DNA of 64,000 nucleotides. Origin: Squalus acanthias (lineage: Eukaryota). Of this stretch, positions 61,852 through 64,000 are shown one piece after another. The notes beneath the pieces are model-generated. The model worked only from the letters and a program-made list of their open reading frames with translations. It ran no database searches and was not told the origin of the DNA. Numbering within the stretch: the first letter of the stretch is position 1; each line of letters starts with the position of its first letter. The translations under genes and the position numbers were made by a program. The stretch is taken from contig CM059431.1 of the NCBI GenBank assembly GCA_030390025.1, forward strand, positions 106,828,001 through 106,892,000, given 5' to 3'.

Positions 61852-63484
61852 TGTAAGGTTTCCAAAATTTGCAGATCCCCAAAACCTAAGGAAAAACGAC
61901 TTTGGAACTACCTCAGAGTGATAAAAATGCATTTGGGCCTAACATAAGGAATTTAAGACCAAAAACCAAGTTTTGGCATTTAAAAAAAACATGTCTGGGC
62001 CTGTAAAGGGACAAGGAGGTGGGTTCGACCTCTGTAAAAGCAGTTTGGTTATTGCAGTTAATTACACTGTCTGGGGAACCGGGATGACCTCACTCAAGCC
62101 CCAGCAGACATTAACATTTGAACAATAGACCCTGGGAGAAGACAGTCCCACCCAAAATACAGGCCCCATCAAAACCGATTACAGGGCCCATCAGAAACAT
62201 GCATAATAAAACCCATTGAGGACCATTCTATAGAAAGACCGAGTCCAGCCTAGAAACCCAAACACGAAATCAATCACCAGTGATCAACCAAGGAGATCGA
62301 CAGGATGCAAGCCATCCCAAAAGCCATTTGACACTTACAAAGCAGTTACTGGTAACAGGCCCGCCAAAATCAGACAATGAACTGAGCAGATTTGGCAGGT
62401 AGATAAGGCCATGTTCAATGGGTGAGATTGAAGGCCTGTTAAAAATACCAGTTAACACGCTAGTAAGTCGTTACCGATTAACGAGCCCACCAAAACCAGA
62501 CAATGAACTGAGTAGATTTGGCGGGTAGATAAGGCCACTTCAATTCAGTATAATTGAAGGCCCGTTAAGTAGTTCAGGGTGGTCATCAGAAGAAGAAGAA
62601 GCAAGGAAGAAGACAAGCCGAGCTGGAAGCGAGTCGGCATCGCTCACCACTCACACCTGAGTCCAGCTCATGAAGATACCACCTCGACGGACCTCCAACA
62701 ACGGTCCCAACACAGTCACCCGGATCAAAAAGCAGCAACAAGTCACCGACGGCTCCATGAGGTCGACCGACACACCTACCAAGGCCTAAAACCATCGCAG
62801 AAACCAAAGGCCTCAAGAAACCAACAATCGCATATTACCCCCAACTGACCGGGTAATAGCAGGCCACCGCGACCAACAAAGACCAACTCAAGGGAAGAAA
62901 AACCCGAAGAACCGCAAAGTTTCCACTCTACAATCTACTCCTGACTTACCCCTACGTAAGATTTTCCCAAAGACTCTAAACCCTACTGCTAAACCAAAGA
63001 AATTGGGTACTCACCAGATAGATCCAAAACGACATCCTACCGCATCAGCGGACTCGCGAAGACTGATCAGATACGCAGGTGAAGTCCTCTACCGCGTACG
63101 GGGTACGGCAGACACTAACCGCCATAAACAGCGAACCCCAAAACTGCGATTTAGCCCAACTGTCAAAGGATTGGTGAGCATTATCCCTGGTCCTTCAAAA
63201 CCTAACTTAGCTAGTAAAGTGGGGTTGGGAGGGGTGAAGTATTGTTCTACTGTCATTTCCCTTGCTTGTACCGAAGTGTTCCCCACCTTTAGAGTGTTAA
63301 GAGTGTTATTATTTGTGTCTTACCTTTTAATAAAGATTGAAGTTCTTTTCACCAAACTCAGTTGTCTGCTGCACCTTTTGTCACAACCCCCAAATAAGTC
63401 CAAGGTCTAGAACCAAGGTAGTGGGAGCGATTCGAACCGCTCAGAAGTCAGAGGTGAAGCTGACACAAACCGCCACCCCCTACA
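61852..63484 (+). mobile_element. Probable solo LTR (1633 bp)
   Basis: Termini TGTAAGG...CCCTACA; flanks actt / gctt; AATAAA at 63329; internal repeat of about 85 bp at 62358 and 62484; no coding capacity. Confidence 0.7.
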
Positions 63485-64000
63485 GCTTATCGCTGATGTC
63501 ATTCATTGACTAGTATAAAGAGGCATTTACTTGTAAATTCATAGGTATGCTGACCACCTCAGTTTGACTTTTGCCCATCCTGCATTGCAAAGTCAAAAAA
63601 GTGTTCTATTAATGCTGAGCCCAAGATTGACAAACCTGATTCTTATGCAGTGACAGGCAGTCTTTAATGACAGGCAACCACAAGGCTTGAGCATGTGACC
63701 ATTTGGTTAGAAGGCAGACAACTTTTCTACTGGGACATTTTAACAACATTATTTTTCACATTGCATAATTACCTGACATTCTTTTTGTCAGTAGAAGATT
63801 TTATCATGTCACTCTGAATGAGAGAAGCATTGATTAAACTGTTAAGGAGGTTATCTCCTTAAAGAGGACATAACAGCAGAGTGTGGGGGGGGGAGAGGGG
63901 GTGGGGGGCAATTTTCAACTACAGCTCACCTGAAAAAACGGGCGACCGACGGAGAGAAAATCAGGCGGGCAACGTGGGCACCCCTTTGATGCCTAAAGCC

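Overview
This is eukaryotic DNA, not prokaryotic. The repeat content (HE1-type V-SINE tail, DeuSINE/SacSINE1-like SINEs, CR1, L2, RTE and Penelope fragments, PIF/Harbinger-type MITEs) points to a cartilaginous fish, probably a shark; this is an inference. The window is mostly intron and intergenic sequence. The only host-gene signal is a set of three small + strand exon candidates (835-891, 4986-5023, 47490-47562). They splice in frame to a C-terminus ending in a hydrophobic, GPI-signal-like tail, followed by AATAAA; I could not identify the gene. The clearest coding feature is a structurally complete, GC-rich Ty3/Gypsy LTR retrotransposon of the CsRN1/Kabuki type (15335-19689, - strand). It has two LTRs, an AAAC target duplication, a tRNA-Trp PBS, a PPT and one gag-pol frame broken by three stops near its end. 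Other notable structures are a TIR element flanked by a 250-bp direct duplication, an inverted duplication beside a LINE truncation point, two long solo LTRs, Penelope hammerhead cores and a fold-back, and two headless SINE copies with the same 5' end. Most of the supplied ORFs are repeat-derived or spurious. I found no convincing new multi-gene system. Boundaries of decayed repeats are approximate, and all identities were estimated by eye.
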